A stretch of 64,000 nt of DNA, taken from NCBI GenBank assembly GCA_036261915.1, contig DATAJX010000002.1, positions 200,825-264,824 of the forward strand, given 5' to 3'. This document shows, piece by piece, positions 39,359 through 52,904 of this stretch. How positions within the stretch are numbered: position 1 is the stretch's first letter; the number at the start of each line of letters is the position of its first letter. The DNA is from Alphaproteobacteria bacterium (GTDB taxonomy: Bacteria > Pseudomonadota > Alphaproteobacteria > UBA2136 > UBA6156). The notes beneath the pieces were generated by a model that was not told the DNA's origin, searched no databases, and worked only from the letters and a program-made list of their open reading frames with translations. The translations under genes were made by a program, and so were the position numbers.

Positions 39359-40074
39359 GCGCCATTTTTCCGCCATTGGCCCTGACCATAGTAGAGGCCC
39401 TGAAAGGGCACGATACCCGTGCGGTTGGCGGCTGGGTAAGGGCGCTACTGCGTGGCGAAAGCATGGCCGGGGTTGAATGCGACCTGGCCACCACCGCCAC
39501 TCCCGACCAGATGGCCGAGGCTTTTACCAAAGCCCTGCTGGAATTTGGAGAGGATGGCCGCCGATGGGGCACGCTGGTGGTGCGCGATGGTGCCGAAACG
39601 ATTGAAGTGACCACGCTGCGCCAGGACAGCTACAAAGCCGGCAGCCGTTACCCAGACGTGCAGTGGACCACCGATTGGAACGTGGATGCGCCGCGCCGCG
39701 ATTTTACCTTCAATGCCATTTACATGGGGGCCGACGGCACGGCGTTTGACCCCTTTAACGGCCAGAATGATTTAGCCGGGGGCATTGTGCGGTTTATTGG
39801 TGAGCCGAACGTGCGCCTCAGCGAAGACCCTTTGCGCTGGTTGCGTTTTTGGCGTTTTTGCGGCCGCTACGGGTTGGCGGGTTACACCGATGCGATGAAG
39901 GAGGTGCTGACGATTTCCGCCCCCGCGCTACGCAACTTAAGCCGCCACCGCGTTGCCCATGAGTGGGAAAAGCTTCAACATACGGCCCATGCGTCCGAGG
40001 TGCTGAAAATACTGCGCCTTGAGGGGTGGCAGAAACTGATCAACGAAAGGCTGGGCCATGGCTCCGAAATCTAA
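39355..40074 (+). CDS. tRNA nucleotidyltransferase / poly(A) polymerase head-domain protein (short, 239 aa).
   Basis: GGWVRALLRG...ECDLATTA corresponds to GGxVRDxLLG...DxDxAT of class II CCA/PAP enzymes, but with RA for RD and ExD for DxD. It lacks the usual body/tail length. Confidence 0.6.
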   Translation: MSAIFPPLALTIVEALKGHDTRAVGGWVRALLRGESMAGVECDLATTATPDQMAEAFTKALLEFGEDGRRWGTLVVRDGAETIEVTTLRQDSYKAGSRYPDVQWTTDWNVDAPRRDFTFNAIYMGADGTAFDPFNGQNDLAGGIVRFIGEPNVRLSEDPLRWLRFWRFCGRYGLAGYTDAMKEVLTISAPALRNLSRHRVAHEWEKLQHTAHASEVLKILRLEGWQKLINERLGHGSEI

Positions 40075-40822
40075 AAATAAAAAAACCACCAAAGCGGCTG
40101 TTAAACCCGCAGCGCAAAAAAACACCGCAACTCCACTGGCCAAGCGCGTGCGCCCGGTGGCCCATTGGCTGGAAATGCTTCCCCCGATTTTGATGGCGTT
40201 GGCCGTTGCGCTGGCGTTGGCTGCAGGTGCGGTTTACCTGCTGGTACTACGCCCGGCCATGGTAGCGCGTGAGACGGCCAAGGAAATGCCGCCCATTGGT
40301 GCCAGCTTCAGCATGATCAACGACAAAGGCCAGCCGGTGACCGAGCGTAACTTGGCCAACGGGCATGATTACCACCTGGTGTTTTTTGGCTTTACGCACT
40401 GCCCCGATATTTGCCCCACCATGCTGAACACCATTGCTGCCGCCATGCAAAAGCTGCCTGCCCAGACGCAGGATCGCGTGAAGACAGTGCTGGTGAGTGT
40501 TGACCCCCGCCGCGACACGCCTGCCCGGATGCGCGAGTATCTTGATGGCTTCGACAAGCGCTTCATTGGATGGACCGGCCCCAAGGACGAGATCGACCGC
40601 ATGACCAAAGGCTACATGGCGTTTTATTCCATTAAAGAGCCCGACCACATGGAAGGCATGGACATGAGCGAGCACGAACATGGCGATAACAGCGACATGG
40701 TTGAGATCAACCACAGCAGTGTGCTGTATCTGATGGGCCCCGACGGCAAGTATGTGACCCACATGAGCCAGGAAGACGGTGCCGACGGCATTGCCACGCG
40801 GATTGCCGAATTTGTGAAATAA
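40058..40822 (+). CDS. SCO1/SenC copper chaperone.
   Basis: HLVFFGFTHCPDICP CxxxC thioredoxin-fold motif plus a conserved His region. K-rich N-terminus and TM anchor. Met/His-rich insert HMEGMDMSEHEHGDNSDM. Confidence 0.85.
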   Translation: MAPKSKNKKTTKAAVKPAAQKNTATPLAKRVRPVAHWLEMLPPILMALAVALALAAGAVYLLVLRPAMVARETAKEMPPIGASFSMINDKGQPVTERNLANGHDYHLVFFGFTHCPDICPTMLNTIAAAMQKLPAQTQDRVKTVLVSVDPRRDTPARMREYLDGFDKRFIGWTGPKDEIDRMTKGYMAFYSIKEPDHMEGMDMSEHEHGDNSDMVEINHSSVLYLMGPDGKYVTHMSQEDGADGIATRIAEFVK

Positions 40823-40837
40823 CGGCTGCTATGCTGC

Positions 40838-40873
40838 AAGGGAAGGGGGCCACACCCCCTTCTTTTTATTTTG
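40838..40873. terminator. Terminator after SCO1.
   Basis: aagggaagggggccacacccccttctttttatttt. Confidence 0.6.
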
Positions 40874-40927
40874 TGCTGTGCACTAAAATGGTCTGGGCGA
40901 GTGGCGTTTTTAGGATTACACAACCCC

Positions 40928-43255
40928 ATGGAAAAAGAACAGTTACGCGAGGCAGCGCTTAAGTATCATGCCGATTCCCGCCCCGGTAAGATCGAGGTTG
41001 TCTCCACCAAGCCGTTAATGACCCAGAGTGACTTGAGTTTGGGTTATACACCAGGCGTAGCCGAGGTTTGCCTTGATATTCAGGAGCACCCCGAGCACGC
41101 CAATTTATATACCGCCAAGGCTAATCTGGTGGCGGTCATCACTAACGGCACTGCGGTGCTGGGGCTTGGCAACATCGGCCCGCTGGCCGGCAAGCCGGTG
41201 ATGGAAGGCAAGGCTGTTCTGTTCAAAAAATTCGCCGACATTGACGTGTTCGACCTTGAGGTGGCCGAAACTGACCCCGAGAAGTTTGTTGAGACCGTGG
41301 TACGGCTGGCGCCCACCTTCGGCGGCATCAACCTTGAGGACATCAAGGCACCGGAATGTTTTTACATTGAAAACGAATTGCGCAAGCGGCTCGATATCCC
41401 CGTGCTGCATGATGACCAGCACGGCACCGCCATTATTGTGCTGGCGGCGTTCATCAACAGCCTGCGCGTAACCGGCAAAGACAAGGCCAACGTGAAAATA
41501 GCCTGCAGCGGCGCCGGTGCCGCAGGGCTGGCCTGCATGAACCTGTTGGTTGATTACGGTGTGCCGATCGGGAACATCACGTTGGTGGATGTGAACGGGG
41601 TCATTCATAACGGCCGCGACGATCTGACCGAGCAGCACAAGCCCTTTGCGCGCGACACCAAGATGCGCATTCTGGCCGACGCGCTTGACGGCGCCGATTA
41701 CTTCTTCGGCGTTTCGGCCGGCGGCATTTTAAAACCCGCGATGGTGAAGAAGATGGCCGACAAACCGGTTATTTTTGCCATGGCCAACCCCACGCCCGAG
41801 ATCATGCCCGACGTGGCGCTTGAGGCCCGGCCCGATGCCATCATCGGTACCGGCCGTTCCGACTTCCCCAACCAGATCAACAACGTGTTGGGCTTCCCGT
41901 ACCTGTTCCGTGGCGCGCTCGATTGCGGTGCCAGTACCTTTAACACCGAAATGAAAGTGGCCGCCGCCGAAGCGTTGGCTGCCCTGGCGCGGCGCGAGGT
42001 TGAGCCGAGCGTGGCACAGGCCTACCGCGGCCAGCGGTTGCGCTTTGGGCCTGAATACCTGATCCCGAAGCCGTTCGACCCGCGCCTGCTGAGCAGCATT
42101 GCGCCTGCGGTGGCCAAAGCCGCCATGGATACCGGTGTGGCCAGTCGCCCGATTGCCGATCTGCGTGCTTATGCCCAGGATCTGCTGGGCAAGGTCGACC
42201 AGAGCTTTTCCATCATGCGTCAAATTTACATGCAGGCGCAGCCGGTGGAAGGCGAGGCGCTCAAGCGGATCGTTTACCCTGAAGGCGAAGACATTCGCAT
42301 TCTGCAAACCGCGCAGGAAGTGGTTAACCTGGGTATCGGCAAGCCGGTGCTGCTGGGGCGCCCCGAGGTGGTCGAGCCTCTGATCAAAGAACTTGGCCTT
42401 ACCTTTACGCTGGGTGAAGAGGTTGAGCTTATCAACCCGCAAGACGACGAACGCCTGCCCGAGTATGCCGAGGAATATTACACCATCCGCAGGCGCGACG
42501 GCGTGAGCCGTGCCGAAGCGCACGTGCACCTGCGCAGCCGCTGGCTGACGTGGGCTTGTTTAATGGTGCGCCGTGGCGAGGCCGATGCCGTGGTGTGCGG
42601 CGTGTCGGGCCGCTTCATGCGCTTTTTAAACGTGGCCGCGCACCTGATCAATGGCGACAAAAGCACCGAGCATATTTATGCGCTGAACGTGGTGATGGCC
42701 CCCAGCAGCGGCAGCAATGGCGGCCAACTGCTGGCCCTGTGCGATACCCACGTGCAGGCCAACCCCACCGCCGAGCAGATTGCCGAAATGACCGCCATGG
42801 CCTGTGCCGAGCTGCAGCACTTTGGGGTAACGCCCCGGGTTGCGCTGCTCAGCCACAGCAACTTCGGCAGTTCGGTGACACCCCAAAGCCGTAAGTTGCA
42901 GGAAGCGCGGGATTTGATTGTACAGCGCCATCCGCATATTAACGTAGAAGGTGAAATGCAGGCCGACACCGCCCTTAACATGGATGTGATGCAGCGCATC
43001 TTCCCGGCCTCGGTGCTTACCGAGCCTGCCAACACGCTTATTTTCCCCGATGTGGACAGCGGCAACATCGCCTTCAACCTGCTGCGCATGACCATGCCGG
43101 GCGCCGAGTACATCGGTCCGATACTGATGGGCATGCAAAAGCCTATTCATATTTTGTCGGTTGAAGCGCCGGTGCGCCGGGTGGTGAACATGACCGCGCT
43201 GGCTATTGTGCAGGCGCAAGCCCAGGCCATGCGCAACAAGGGCCAAAAAGCCTAG
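40928..43255 (+). CDS. maeB: NADP-dependent malic enzyme with a C-terminal phosphotransacetylase-like domain.
   Basis: Malic-enzyme N-terminal and NAD-binding blocks ([22 protein letters not shown]; GAGAAGLAC) followed by a PTA-like domain of about 330 aa. The length is typical of MaeB. Confidence 0.9.
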   Translation: MEKEQLREAALKYHADSRPGKIEVVSTKPLMTQSDLSLGYTPGVAEVCLDIQEHPEHANLYTAKANLVAVITNGTAVLGLGNIGPLAGKPVMEGKAVLFKKFADIDVFDLEVAETDPEKFVETVVRLAPTFGGINLEDIKAPECFYIENELRKRLDIPVLHDDQHGTAIIVLAAFINSLRVTGKDKANVKIACSGAGAAGLACMNLLVDYGVPIGNITLVDVNGVIHNGRDDLTEQHKPFARDTKMRILADALDGADYFFGVSAGGILKPAMVKKMADKPVIFAMANPTPEIMPDVALEARPDAIIGTGRSDFPNQINNVLGFPYLFRGALDCGASTFNTEMKVAAAEALAALARREVEPSVAQAYRGQRLRFGPEYLIPKPFDPRLLSSIAPAVAKAAMDTGVASRPIADLRAYAQDLLGKVDQSFSIMRQIYMQAQPVEGEALKRIVYPEGEDIRILQTAQEVVNLGIGKPVLLGRPEVVEPLIKELGLTFTLGEEVELINPQDDERLPEYAEEYYTIRRRDGVSRAEAHVHLRSRWLTWACLMVRRGEADAVVCGVSGRFMRFLNVAAHLINGDKSTEHIYALNVVMAPSSGSNGGQLLALCDTHVQANPTAEQIAEMTAMACAELQHFGVTPRVALLSHSNFGSSVTPQSRKLQEARDLIVQRHPHINVEGEMQADTALNMDVMQRIFPASVLTEPANTLIFPDVDSGNIAFNLLRMTMPGAEYIGPILMGMQKPIHILSVEAPVRRVVNMTALAIVQAQAQAMRNKGQKA

Positions 43256-43257
43256 CC

Positions 43258-44706
43258 ATGCCGGTTACCGCCAAGCCCACCCAAAAGCCTGTGCGGAAGG
43301 AAAAAAAGCCGGCCCTCAAGCCCGATGAAATGGGCCGTATCACCCCGTTGGGGCTTAGCGATGAACTTTATGTGAAAGTGCTCGATGCCCTTGAGCACGA
43401 CCCTAAACCCCAGCGCGCCGTGCTGGAAGCATTGCTCGAGGATATCCACCCCGCCGACATTGCCAACCTGCTGGAACGCCTGCCGCGCGACCGCCGTGCC
43501 GAGTTGTTGCCGTTTTTGCCTGAAGAGAAGGTGGGCAGCATCATCTCTGAACTCGAGCCGGGCGTGCAGGAACACGTGTTGCACCTGTTGCGTCCCGAAG
43601 ACGTTAAGGAAGCCATTGAAGAACTGCCGAGCGACGACGCCGCCGACGTGGCCCGTGCGGCTGCCGATTCATCGGGGGAAACGAGCCCTAGGCTTGATGC
43701 CGAAACGATGCTGGCCGACTACCAGCAAAAGCGTCTGCTCAATTATGACCCTCATACCGCAGGCGGCCTGATGCAGCTGGAGGTGGTGACCGCTCCACGC
43801 ACCCAAACGGTTGAGCAAACGCTTAAATACATCCGCGATAATTCAGACGATATGCCCATGCAGCCGGGCACCATTTTTGTGGTTAACGCACAACGCAAGC
43901 TATTGGGTACGGTGTCTATCAGCCGCCTTATCCAGGTGCCGCTTGAGTTGAAGCTGGGCGATGTGATGCGGCCAGACCCATTAAGCGCAAAGCCCGATAT
44001 GCCCAAGGCCGAAGTTGTCAGCATGTTTGAAAAGTACGACATGCATAACCTGGCCGTTATCAACCGCAGGGGGCAGCTTTTAGGTCGTATCGCCATCGAC
44101 GACGTGCTCGACGTCGTTCTGGCCGAGGCAACCGACACCCAGGCCCGCTCGGTGGGTCTGGATGCCGATGAAGATCTGTTTGCGCCGGTGCTTACTACCA
44201 CCCGTCACCGTTTGTTGTGGCTCATTATCAACCTGGGTACCGCCATTGCGGCTGCCGCAGTTATCGCGTTGTTTGAAGACAGTATCGCCAAGCTTACCCT
44301 GTTGGCGGTACTTATGCCCATTGTGGCCAGCATGGGTGGCAATGCCACCACGCAAACCCAAACCGTCATTATCCGCGGTATGGCGTTGGGGCAGGTGACC
44401 CGCCAAAACCGCCTGGCGCTGCTGACGCGTGAATTTCTGGCCAACCTCAATGTGAGTATGATCTTGGCGGCCACGCTCGGTATAGGTGTTGCAGTTCTTT
44501 ACGGCCAGCCCAAACTGGCGGTGGTCATTGCGCTTGCGACCATCTGCAACCATATCATTGCGGCAATGGGCGGTTGGGTAACGCCCATTGTACTCAAGCG
44601 CTTCGGGTACGATCCCGCTATTGCGGCCAGCGTCATCACCACCACCTTTACCGATGTCGGCGGGTTCTTCTGCTTCCTTGGTTTGGCCACTTGGCTGCTG
44701 CTTTAA
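43258..44706 (+). CDS. mgtE: Magnesium transporter MgtE.
   Basis: N-terminal MgtE_N, tandem CBS pair, and a C-terminal 5-TM domain with the PIVASMGGNATTQT motif. Confidence 0.9.
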   Translation: MPVTAKPTQKPVRKEKKPALKPDEMGRITPLGLSDELYVKVLDALEHDPKPQRAVLEALLEDIHPADIANLLERLPRDRRAELLPFLPEEKVGSIISELEPGVQEHVLHLLRPEDVKEAIEELPSDDAADVARAAADSSGETSPRLDAETMLADYQQKRLLNYDPHTAGGLMQLEVVTAPRTQTVEQTLKYIRDNSDDMPMQPGTIFVVNAQRKLLGTVSISRLIQVPLELKLGDVMRPDPLSAKPDMPKAEVVSMFEKYDMHNLAVINRRGQLLGRIAIDDVLDVVLAEATDTQARSVGLDADEDLFAPVLTTTRHRLLWLIINLGTAIAAAAVIALFEDSIAKLTLLAVLMPIVASMGGNATTQTQTVIIRGMALGQVTRQNRLALLTREFLANLNVSMILAATLGIGVAVLYGQPKLAVVIALATICNHIIAAMGGWVTPIVLKRFGYDPAIAASVITTTFTDVGGFFCFLGLATWLLL

Positions 44707-44793
44707 TCACCACTTTCTAGCCCTGTTTTTGGCCTCTTTTGGGCAGTTGTATGCTATATTCCGGCATCAAATTACTGGAGAGAAAATACACCC

Positions 44794-47430
44794 ATGGCTA
44801 CGCTGGAAAACCAACCGATTGTTCCCATCAGCATTGAAAGCGAAATGCGCAAAAGCTACCTCGACTACGCCATGAGCGTGATCGTGAGCCGTGCGCTGCC
44901 CGATGTGCGCGACGGCCTCAAACCGGTGCACCGCCGCATTCTGTTTGCCCAAAAGGAGATGGGCAACGACTGGAACCGTAAACACCTTAAATCGGCGCGT
45001 GTGGTCGGTGATGTCATGGGTAAATACCACCCCCATGGCGACAGCGCTATTTACGATTCGCTGGTGCGCATGGCTCAGGATTTCTCCCTTCGCCTGCCGC
45101 TGGAAGACGGGCAGGGGAACTTCGGCAGCATGGACGGCGATAGCCCCGCCGCCATGCGTTATACCGAAGTGCGCCTGAGCCGTGCCGGCAGCGCCATGCT
45201 GGCCGATCTGGATGAAGATACGGTTGAATGGCGGCCCAACTACGATGGGCAAGAGAAAGAGCCCGCCGTCCTTCCCACCCGCATCCCCAACCTGCTGGTC
45301 AACGGCGCAGGCGGTATTGCCGTAGGTATGGCCACCAACATCCCGCCCTATAACCTGGGCGAGGTGATCGACGCCTGTTTGCACCTGATCACCAACCCCG
45401 AGGCCGATATCGCCGAACTCAACGCCATCGTCCCGGGGCCCGATTTCCCCACCGGCGGCAGCATCATGGGCCGTGGCGGTATCGTTACCGGCCATGCCAT
45501 GGGCCGTGGCAGCATGGTCATTCGCGGCACCACTAAAATCGAAGGCGAAGACACCAACAAGCCGGTCATCGTCATCAACGAAGTCCCTTACCAGGTCAAC
45601 AAGGCCCTGCTGGTCGAACGCATCGCCGACCTGGTGAAGGAAAAGGTCATTGAAGACATCGGCGACCTGCGTGATGAATCCGACCGCGACGGTATGCGCG
45701 TGGTCATCGAACTCAAGCGTGGCGCCAACGCCGAAGTGGTGCTTAACCAACTGTACAAGCACACCAACCTGCAAACCTCGTTCAGCTACAACATGGTGGT
45801 GCTCGATAAAGGCCTGCCGCGCCTCTATGGCATCGGCGAGATCCTGCGCTGCTTCATCGCCCACCGCGAAGAGGTGGTTACCCGCCGCACCCGTTTCCGC
45901 CTGGGCAAGGCGCGCGACCGTGCCCACATTTTGGTGGGCTTGTCGGTGGCCGTGGCCAACCTCGACGAAGTCATCAAGATCATCCGCGGCGCGCCCGACC
46001 CGAGCATTGCGAAGGAGCAGCTTATCAGCCGCCGCTTCCCCGCCAACAGCGTCAAGCCGCTGCTCGAACTGCTGGGCGAAACCTTCGATGCCGAAAGTTA
46101 CCAGATGTCGGCCATCCAGGCGCAAGCGATCCTGGACCTCCGCCTGCACCGTCTGACCGGACTTGAACGCGATAAGATCAACGCAGAAACGCAGGAAATA
46201 TCCGATACCATCAGCTTCCTGCTCAATATTCTGGGTAACCGCAGCGTGATGCAGCAAGTGGTGCGCGAAGAACTGATTGAAGTGAAAGAGCAATTCGCCA
46301 CGCCGCGCAAAACGCAAATCCTCGATAACGCGTCCGACGTGAACCTCGAAGACCTGATTGTGCCTGAAGACGTTGTGGTCACCATCAGCTCAGACGGCTA
46401 CGCCAAGCGCGTGCCGCAAGCCACTTTCCGCGCGCAACGCCGCGGCGGCAAGGGCAAGGCGGCCGCCAACCTGCGCGAAAATGAGCAAATGGCCACCCTG
46501 TTTGTGTGCAACACGCACGATCCTGTGCTGTTCTTCACCAGCAAGGGCAATGTGTTCCGTATCAAGGCTTACGAGCTACCCGCCGCTAATACCCAAACCC
46601 GTGGCAAGGCGCTGGTTAACCTGCTGCAACTGCAAAAAGACGAAACCATCGCCGCCGTGGTGCCTATCCCGCGCGATGAAAGCACTCACGCCCATCACTT
46701 CCTGGTGTTCGCGACAGAGAAGGGCATGGTCCGCAAAACGCCGCTGACCGCCTACGCCAATGTGCGTACCAATGGTATTTACGGTATGGGGCTTAACGAC
46801 GACGACCGCCTGCTGGCTGTGCACCTGCTGCCGCGCGATGCCCAGGAGAATGGCGGCGCCAGCGTGCTTATCTCCAGTAAAAATGGCCAAGCCGTGCGTT
46901 TCAGCGCAGCCGAAGAAGAAATCCGCCCCATCGCCAGCCGCACCAGTATCGGTGTGCGCGGCATGAGCCTGCGCAATGGCGACAGTGCCATGGCCATGCA
47001 CGTGATGGTGCGTAACCATGTCACCCACGTCCTCACCGTCACCGAAAACGGCTACGGCAAACTCAGTGTGGCCGACGAGTACCCCGAAAAAGGCCGCGGC
47101 ACGATGGGCGTCATCTCCATCCAGACCACCGATCGCAACGGTCCGGTCGTTGCGGCCATCCCGGTTCATACCGACGATCAGGTGATGATCGCCACCGCCG
47201 ACGGCCAGATGATCCGCATGAAGGTGGGCGATATCTCGGTCATGGGCCGTAATACCCAGGGCGTGCGCCTGTTCAGCACCGACGGCGCCAAGGTCAAGCT
47301 CGTCACCCGCCTGGCCACTGCCATGCTGGGGAATGACGACGACGCCGGCGATGAAGCCGCAAGCACCGACGAAGCCGTGAGCGTACCTGCGGCGAATGAA
47401 GGCGCCGACAGTGAAAAGGTCGTCAACTAA
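44794..47430 (+). CDS. gyrA: DNA gyrase subunit A.
   Basis: [49 protein letters not shown], a beta-pinwheel C-terminal domain, and an acidic tail. Confidence 0.9.
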   Translation: MATLENQPIVPISIESEMRKSYLDYAMSVIVSRALPDVRDGLKPVHRRILFAQKEMGNDWNRKHLKSARVVGDVMGKYHPHGDSAIYDSLVRMAQDFSLRLPLEDGQGNFGSMDGDSPAAMRYTEVRLSRAGSAMLADLDEDTVEWRPNYDGQEKEPAVLPTRIPNLLVNGAGGIAVGMATNIPPYNLGEVIDACLHLITNPEADIAELNAIVPGPDFPTGGSIMGRGGIVTGHAMGRGSMVIRGTTKIEGEDTNKPVIVINEVPYQVNKALLVERIADLVKEKVIEDIGDLRDESDRDGMRVVIELKRGANAEVVLNQLYKHTNLQTSFSYNMVVLDKGLPRLYGIGEILRCFIAHREEVVTRRTRFRLGKARDRAHILVGLSVAVANLDEVIKIIRGAPDPSIAKEQLISRRFPANSVKPLLELLGETFDAESYQMSAIQAQAILDLRLHRLTGLERDKINAETQEISDTISFLLNILGNRSVMQQVVREELIEVKEQFATPRKTQILDNASDVNLEDLIVPEDVVVTISSDGYAKRVPQATFRAQRRGGKGKAAANLRENEQMATLFVCNTHDPVLFFTSKGNVFRIKAYELPAANTQTRGKALVNLLQLQKDETIAAVVPIPRDESTHAHHFLVFATEKGMVRKTPLTAYANVRTNGIYGMGLNDDDRLLAVHLLPRDAQENGGASVLISSKNGQAVRFSAAEEEIRPIASRTSIGVRGMSLRNGDSAMAMHVMVRNHVTHVLTVTENGYGKLSVADEYPEKGRGTMGVISIQTTDRNGPVVAAIPVHTDDQVMIATADGQMIRMKVGDISVMGRNTQGVRLFSTDGAKVKLVTRLATAMLGNDDDAGDEAASTDEAVSVPAANEGADSEKVVN

Positions 47431-47890
47431 GCCCGTAGCGTTACGCATTGTAGCGTGGCCCAGCACCCCGCTGGGCCCGCTGTGGGCCGAAGTTGATGCC
47501 AAAGGGGCTGTGCTGGCCCTGCAATGGGGCAGGCCGCCTAAAAACGCCACTGTCGTCAGCGTTCCATCGCTGCAAAAAAGTATCGATGCCTATTTCAAGA
47601 AAGGCGCCAGCCTCGATAAGGTCAAAATCAGGCTTGAGGGCACACCGTTCCAGCAAAAAATCTGGCAGGCGGTGCGCAGTATCCCGCCCGGTACGGTCAT
47701 GAGCTACGGCGAACTGGCACACGAGCATCACACCGGCCCCCGCGCGGTGGCGCGGGTGCTGGCCAGCACGGTTATTCCGCTTATCATTCCCTGCCATCGC
47801 GTGGTGGCGGCGGGCGGCAAGCTCGGCGGTTACGGCCACATGGGGCTCGAACATAAAAAATGGCTTTTACAACACGAAGGTGCACTATGA
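47396..47890 (+). CDS. ogt: Methylated-DNA-protein-cysteine methyltransferase.
   Basis: IPCHRVV active-site motif with [19 protein letters not shown]. The N-terminal extent is uncertain because it overlaps the gyrA 3' end. Confidence 0.8.
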   Translation: MKAPTVKRSSTKPVALRIVAWPSTPLGPLWAEVDAKGAVLALQWGRPPKNATVVSVPSLQKSIDAYFKKGASLDKVKIRLEGTPFQQKIWQAVRSIPPGTVMSYGELAHEHHTGPRAVARVLASTVIPLIIPCHRVVAAGGKLGGYGHMGLEHKKWLLQHEGAL

Positions 47891-48441
47891 AAAAACTGCT
47901 GTTGCTCGCCACTCTCCTGCTTGGCGCCTGCAGCTTGGATGATGCCCGCCGCGAGATCGACATCCAACTGTACCCAAACTATACCCCGGCCTACATCATG
48001 TTCGCGTTCGAGCAGGGCGATGTCATCGTCGAGGTCAATGGCCAAAACAAGCTGGCCCAACGCCTGCTCGAACTGGTGCAGCAGGGTTATTACAACGGCT
48101 CCTCCATTTACAATACCGTGCCCGGCCGCATGGTCCAGTTCGGCGAGGCTTACTGGCAAGGCGGTTCCAGCCCGCGCATCATGGCGGGTTTTCCGCCGCG
48201 CCCCACGCGTGAACTTAAAGGCAACAATGTGGCTTTGCCCGTGTTGGCCAGGCCCACGCCCGACACCATCATCGTCGGCCCGCAGGTCATCATCGCCAGT
48301 AATTTTGCGGTCAGTGCCGCGCAGGTCGGTCACGATGTGGTGCCCATCGGCAAAGTGGTGCAGGGCGAAGAGTTCATGAAAAAAGCGGTCAAGGGCGATA
48401 AAATCATTTCAGCCGCCATCGGCCAAAATATTGCAAAATAA
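47887..48441 (+). CDS. Cyclophilin-type peptidyl-prolyl isomerase lipoprotein.
   Basis: Lipobox LGACS. QGYYNGSSIYNTVPGRMVQFGE resembles the cyclophilin FHRVIPGFMIQGG block. Confidence 0.6.
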   Translation: MKKLLLLATLLLGACSLDDARREIDIQLYPNYTPAYIMFAFEQGDVIVEVNGQNKLAQRLLELVQQGYYNGSSIYNTVPGRMVQFGEAYWQGGSSPRIMAGFPPRPTRELKGNNVALPVLARPTPDTIIVGPQVIIASNFAVSAAQVGHDVVPIGKVVQGEEFMKKAVKGDKIISAAIGQNIAK

Positions 48442-48464
48442 GCCTTTTACCGCTATGGCGGGGC

Positions 48465-50616
<2,152 letters not shown>

Positions 50617-51021
50617 TTACTCGGCGGTCTTTTTCTGGAGCGCCTTGGCGTTCAGTTCCTGAATGGTCTTGTTATCAGTGGCCGCTTCAAGCTTGCCGGT
50701 GGCGGGGTTGAACACATACCGCTCGCCCGGTTGCAGTTTGCTTTTATACCAGTCGGCCGAATGCTGCCCGCCGGTCTCATCGGTTGCGGCCGGTGTATCG
50801 GCTGCCGCAGGTTGCGCATCGGCAGGCGCATTCACGTCGGTCATGGTGCCGGTGACAGGGGCGCTTTCGGCGGCCCAGGTTTGCTTCAGCGTGGTTTGCG
50901 ATACGTTGCCATCGCTATCGGTGGTTTTCACCTGCTGTTCGGTATAACCGTACTGGTAATCTTGGGCATGGGCAGCCAGCGGCAAAGCCATGGCCAGTAG
51001 GGCGGCATAAGCAATCTTCAT
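50617..51021 (-). CDS. Hypothetical secreted protein (134 aa).
   Basis: Signal peptide MKIAYAALLAMALPLAAHA, then a low-complexity acidic/Thr-rich region. Confidence 0.45.
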   Translation of the reverse strand: MKIAYAALLAMALPLAAHAQDYQYGYTEQQVKTTDSDGNVSQTTLKQTWAAESAPVTGTMTDVNAPADAQPAAADTPAATDETGGQHSADWYKSKLQPGERYVFNPATGKLEAATDNKTIQELNAKALQKKTAE

Positions 51022-51102
51022 GGGGTTATCTCCTGTTACGGCAACAGTTTAACGCCAACAACAGGCCGTGGCCTATAAGAAATTCATGATAATTTTGTGG
51101 AA

Positions 51103-51177
51103 TGGTGGGCCGCGTAGGGGTCGAACCTACGACCAATTGATTAAGAGTCAATTGCTCTACCACTGAGCTAGCGGCCC
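51103..51177 (-). tRNA. tRNA-Lys (anticodon CTT).
   Basis: Reverse complement GGGCCGCTAGCTCAGTGGTAGAGCAATTGACTCTTAATCAATTGGTCGTAGGTTCGACCCCTACGCGGCCCACCA. Confidence 0.85.
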
Positions 51178-51232
51178 ACAAAAGCCGAAATAGAGGCAAA
51201 GTCCGCCAACGTCAAGGGAAAGAATGCAATAA

Positions 51233-51307
51233 TGGTAGGCCGTCGCAGGATCGAACTGCGGACACTCTGGTTAAAAGCCAGATGCTCTACCACTGAGCTA
51301 ACGGCCC
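51233..51307 (-). tRNA. tRNA-Lys (anticodon TTT).
   Basis: Reverse complement GGGCCGTTAGCTCAGTGGTAGAGCATCTGGCTTTTAACCAGAGTGTCCGCAGTTCGATCCTGCGACGGCCTACCA. Confidence 0.85.
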
Positions 51308-51342
51308 ACCACGCGCCTGATAGTTGATTTTACCTTGCCCCG

Positions 51343-51621
51343 TCAAGCCCAAACCCGCTTGGGGTGGGCCGGAACGGCCAGAACATAAGGCATCAATGCC
51401 TCAGGCAGGGTTGCCGTTACAGCCAGCCGAAGGTTGGCATGGTAGCCGCTCACGGCTTCCCCGGCCAAATTATACAGGGTGCCCACGTCATCAAGGGCAA
51501 AATCCGGCCCCGCATCGGCAGTAGTAAGGCTGCCGCCTTCAAGGCTTATTTTTAACGGTTCGGGCAATACGGCCAGCATGCCGTCGCGGGTTTCAAACTT
51601 CAGGTAATAATCGGTCCACAT
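51343..51621 (-). CDS. Small protein downstream of the tail-fibre-like gene (possible tail-fibre assembly chaperone).
   Basis: 92 aa, position immediately 3' of a fibre-like gene. No motif. Confidence 0.35.
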   Translation of the reverse strand: MWTDYYLKFETRDGMLAVLPEPLKISLEGGSLTTADAGPDFALDDVGTLYNLAGEAVSGYHANLRLAVTATLPEALMPYVLAVPAHPKRVWA

Positions 51622-51631
51622 GGCTATGCTC

Positions 51632-52891
51632 CTATACGGTCAGGGTTTGAAGTTCGGCATTCGTCAGCCTGCGGGGGTAGTAGGCCACGCGCCGCAACCA
51701 CGCATTGGCAAACTGGCTACCGCTGCTGTTGCTGCCCAGGCGCAAGGTGGTCAGGCTTCCGGGTACTGCGCCGCTGGCAGCCGCCGCCACGGTGCCGCCA
51801 CCCGCACAGGCAGCAAAATCATTGGCTTTATAGGCCAGCGCGGCCTTATAAACCGTGCCGGTGGCCAGGCTGGTGGCAATGGTGCTGTTCAGCTTGGAAA
51901 CACCCGCCGTCGTCACCAGCGCACTCAAATTGCCGCTACTTTGTGTCAACACCAATTTATTGGCGCTGGTGCCGTCATCAAGCTGCAACAACGGTTGGCT
52001 GGTGCTGCCCAGGCCCAGAAACTCCGCTTCCACAAACAGCGTACCTTCGCTGGCGTTAAACAGCAGCGCAGGCAGGGTGGTGGCAATGGTAGCCACATCG
52101 GCGGCCCGGCTGACGGTCACGGTGTTCGAATTGGTAGAGATAAAACTTCCGGCAAAGCTGCCGGTCTCGGCCATAATACCCCACGCCGCACTTTCCCCGG
52201 CGGTGCCGCTGCCATGGAAAATAATCACATCAGCTGTGGTGCCGGTCGCTAGTGTGGCGGTTACGGCCACGCGATACCACCCGTTGCCGGCAGCCATAAT
52301 ACTGTAGCTGCTCACACCGGCATCGGCGCCCATAAAAGCACCGGTCTGGCTGTTAAAGGTGATCGACGCCGTCTGCGCCCCGGTGCCCCACACCGTGTTG
52401 CCGCCGCCAAAATAAACCGTGGCATCACCGCCCACGTATTTAAAGTAGCCCGAAATAGTGCAGGCCGCCGCATTGGTCAGCCCCAACGCGCTGCGGTAAA
52501 GGCCGCTGGCCCAGTTGGCGCCAAACGCCACCGAATACGCATTGCTGCCGTCGGGTGCCACTGTGGCGTTGTTCAGCGTAGCACCGGCATTGGTGTTCCA
52601 GTTGTTCAACGCATAGCTGTAGGTTTGCACGTTGGTGCCGGCACCTTCAATCAAAAGACCGCGCGCCGCCAGCGTGGTGGGGCTGGTGCCCAGGCGCGCC
52701 GTGTTGCTTCCTGCACTGGCCAGCACCCCGCTGGCGTTAATGTAACTGGCGCTGCTGGCGCGGCTGAAGCTGATGCCTCCAGGCAAAGCCCCGCCTAAAA
52801 AACTGGCCTGCCACAGGGCAGGGGCGGGGGTGTACACCTGGCCCTGCGTCAGCATCTGGGCCAGGCCACCGGCCATATTCCGTGTGGTCAT
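51632..52891 (-). CDS. Phage tail-fibre-like G/A/S/T-rich protein.
   Basis: About 420 aa, very rich in G/A/S/T with N-glycosylation-like NxS/T runs and a C-terminal ...RRLTNAELQTLTV. Composition is typical of tail fibre or host-specificity proteins. Likely start MTTRNMAGG at 52891. Confidence 0.45.
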   Translation of the reverse strand: MTTRNMAGGLAQMLTQGQVYTPAPALWQASFLGGALPGGISFSRASSASYINASGVLASAGSNTARLGTSPTTLAARGLLIEGAGTNVQTYSYALNNWNTNAGATLNNATVAPDGSNAYSVAFGANWASGLYRSALGLTNAAACTISGYFKYVGGDATVYFGGGNTVWGTGAQTASITFNSQTGAFMGADAGVSSYSIMAAGNGWYRVAVTATLATGTTADVIIFHGSGTAGESAAWGIMAETGSFAGSFISTNSNTVTVSRAADVATIATTLPALLFNASEGTLFVEAEFLGLGSTSQPLLQLDDGTSANKLVLTQSSGNLSALVTTAGVSKLNSTIATSLATGTVYKAALAYKANDFAACAGGGTVAAAASGAVPGSLTTLRLGSNSSGSQFANAWLRRVAYYPRRLTNAELQTLTV

Positions 52892-52904
52892 GTTGCCGCC
52901 TTTC

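Noticed and set aside
44767-46317. 516-aa minus-strand ORF.
   Set aside because: Antisense to gyrA.
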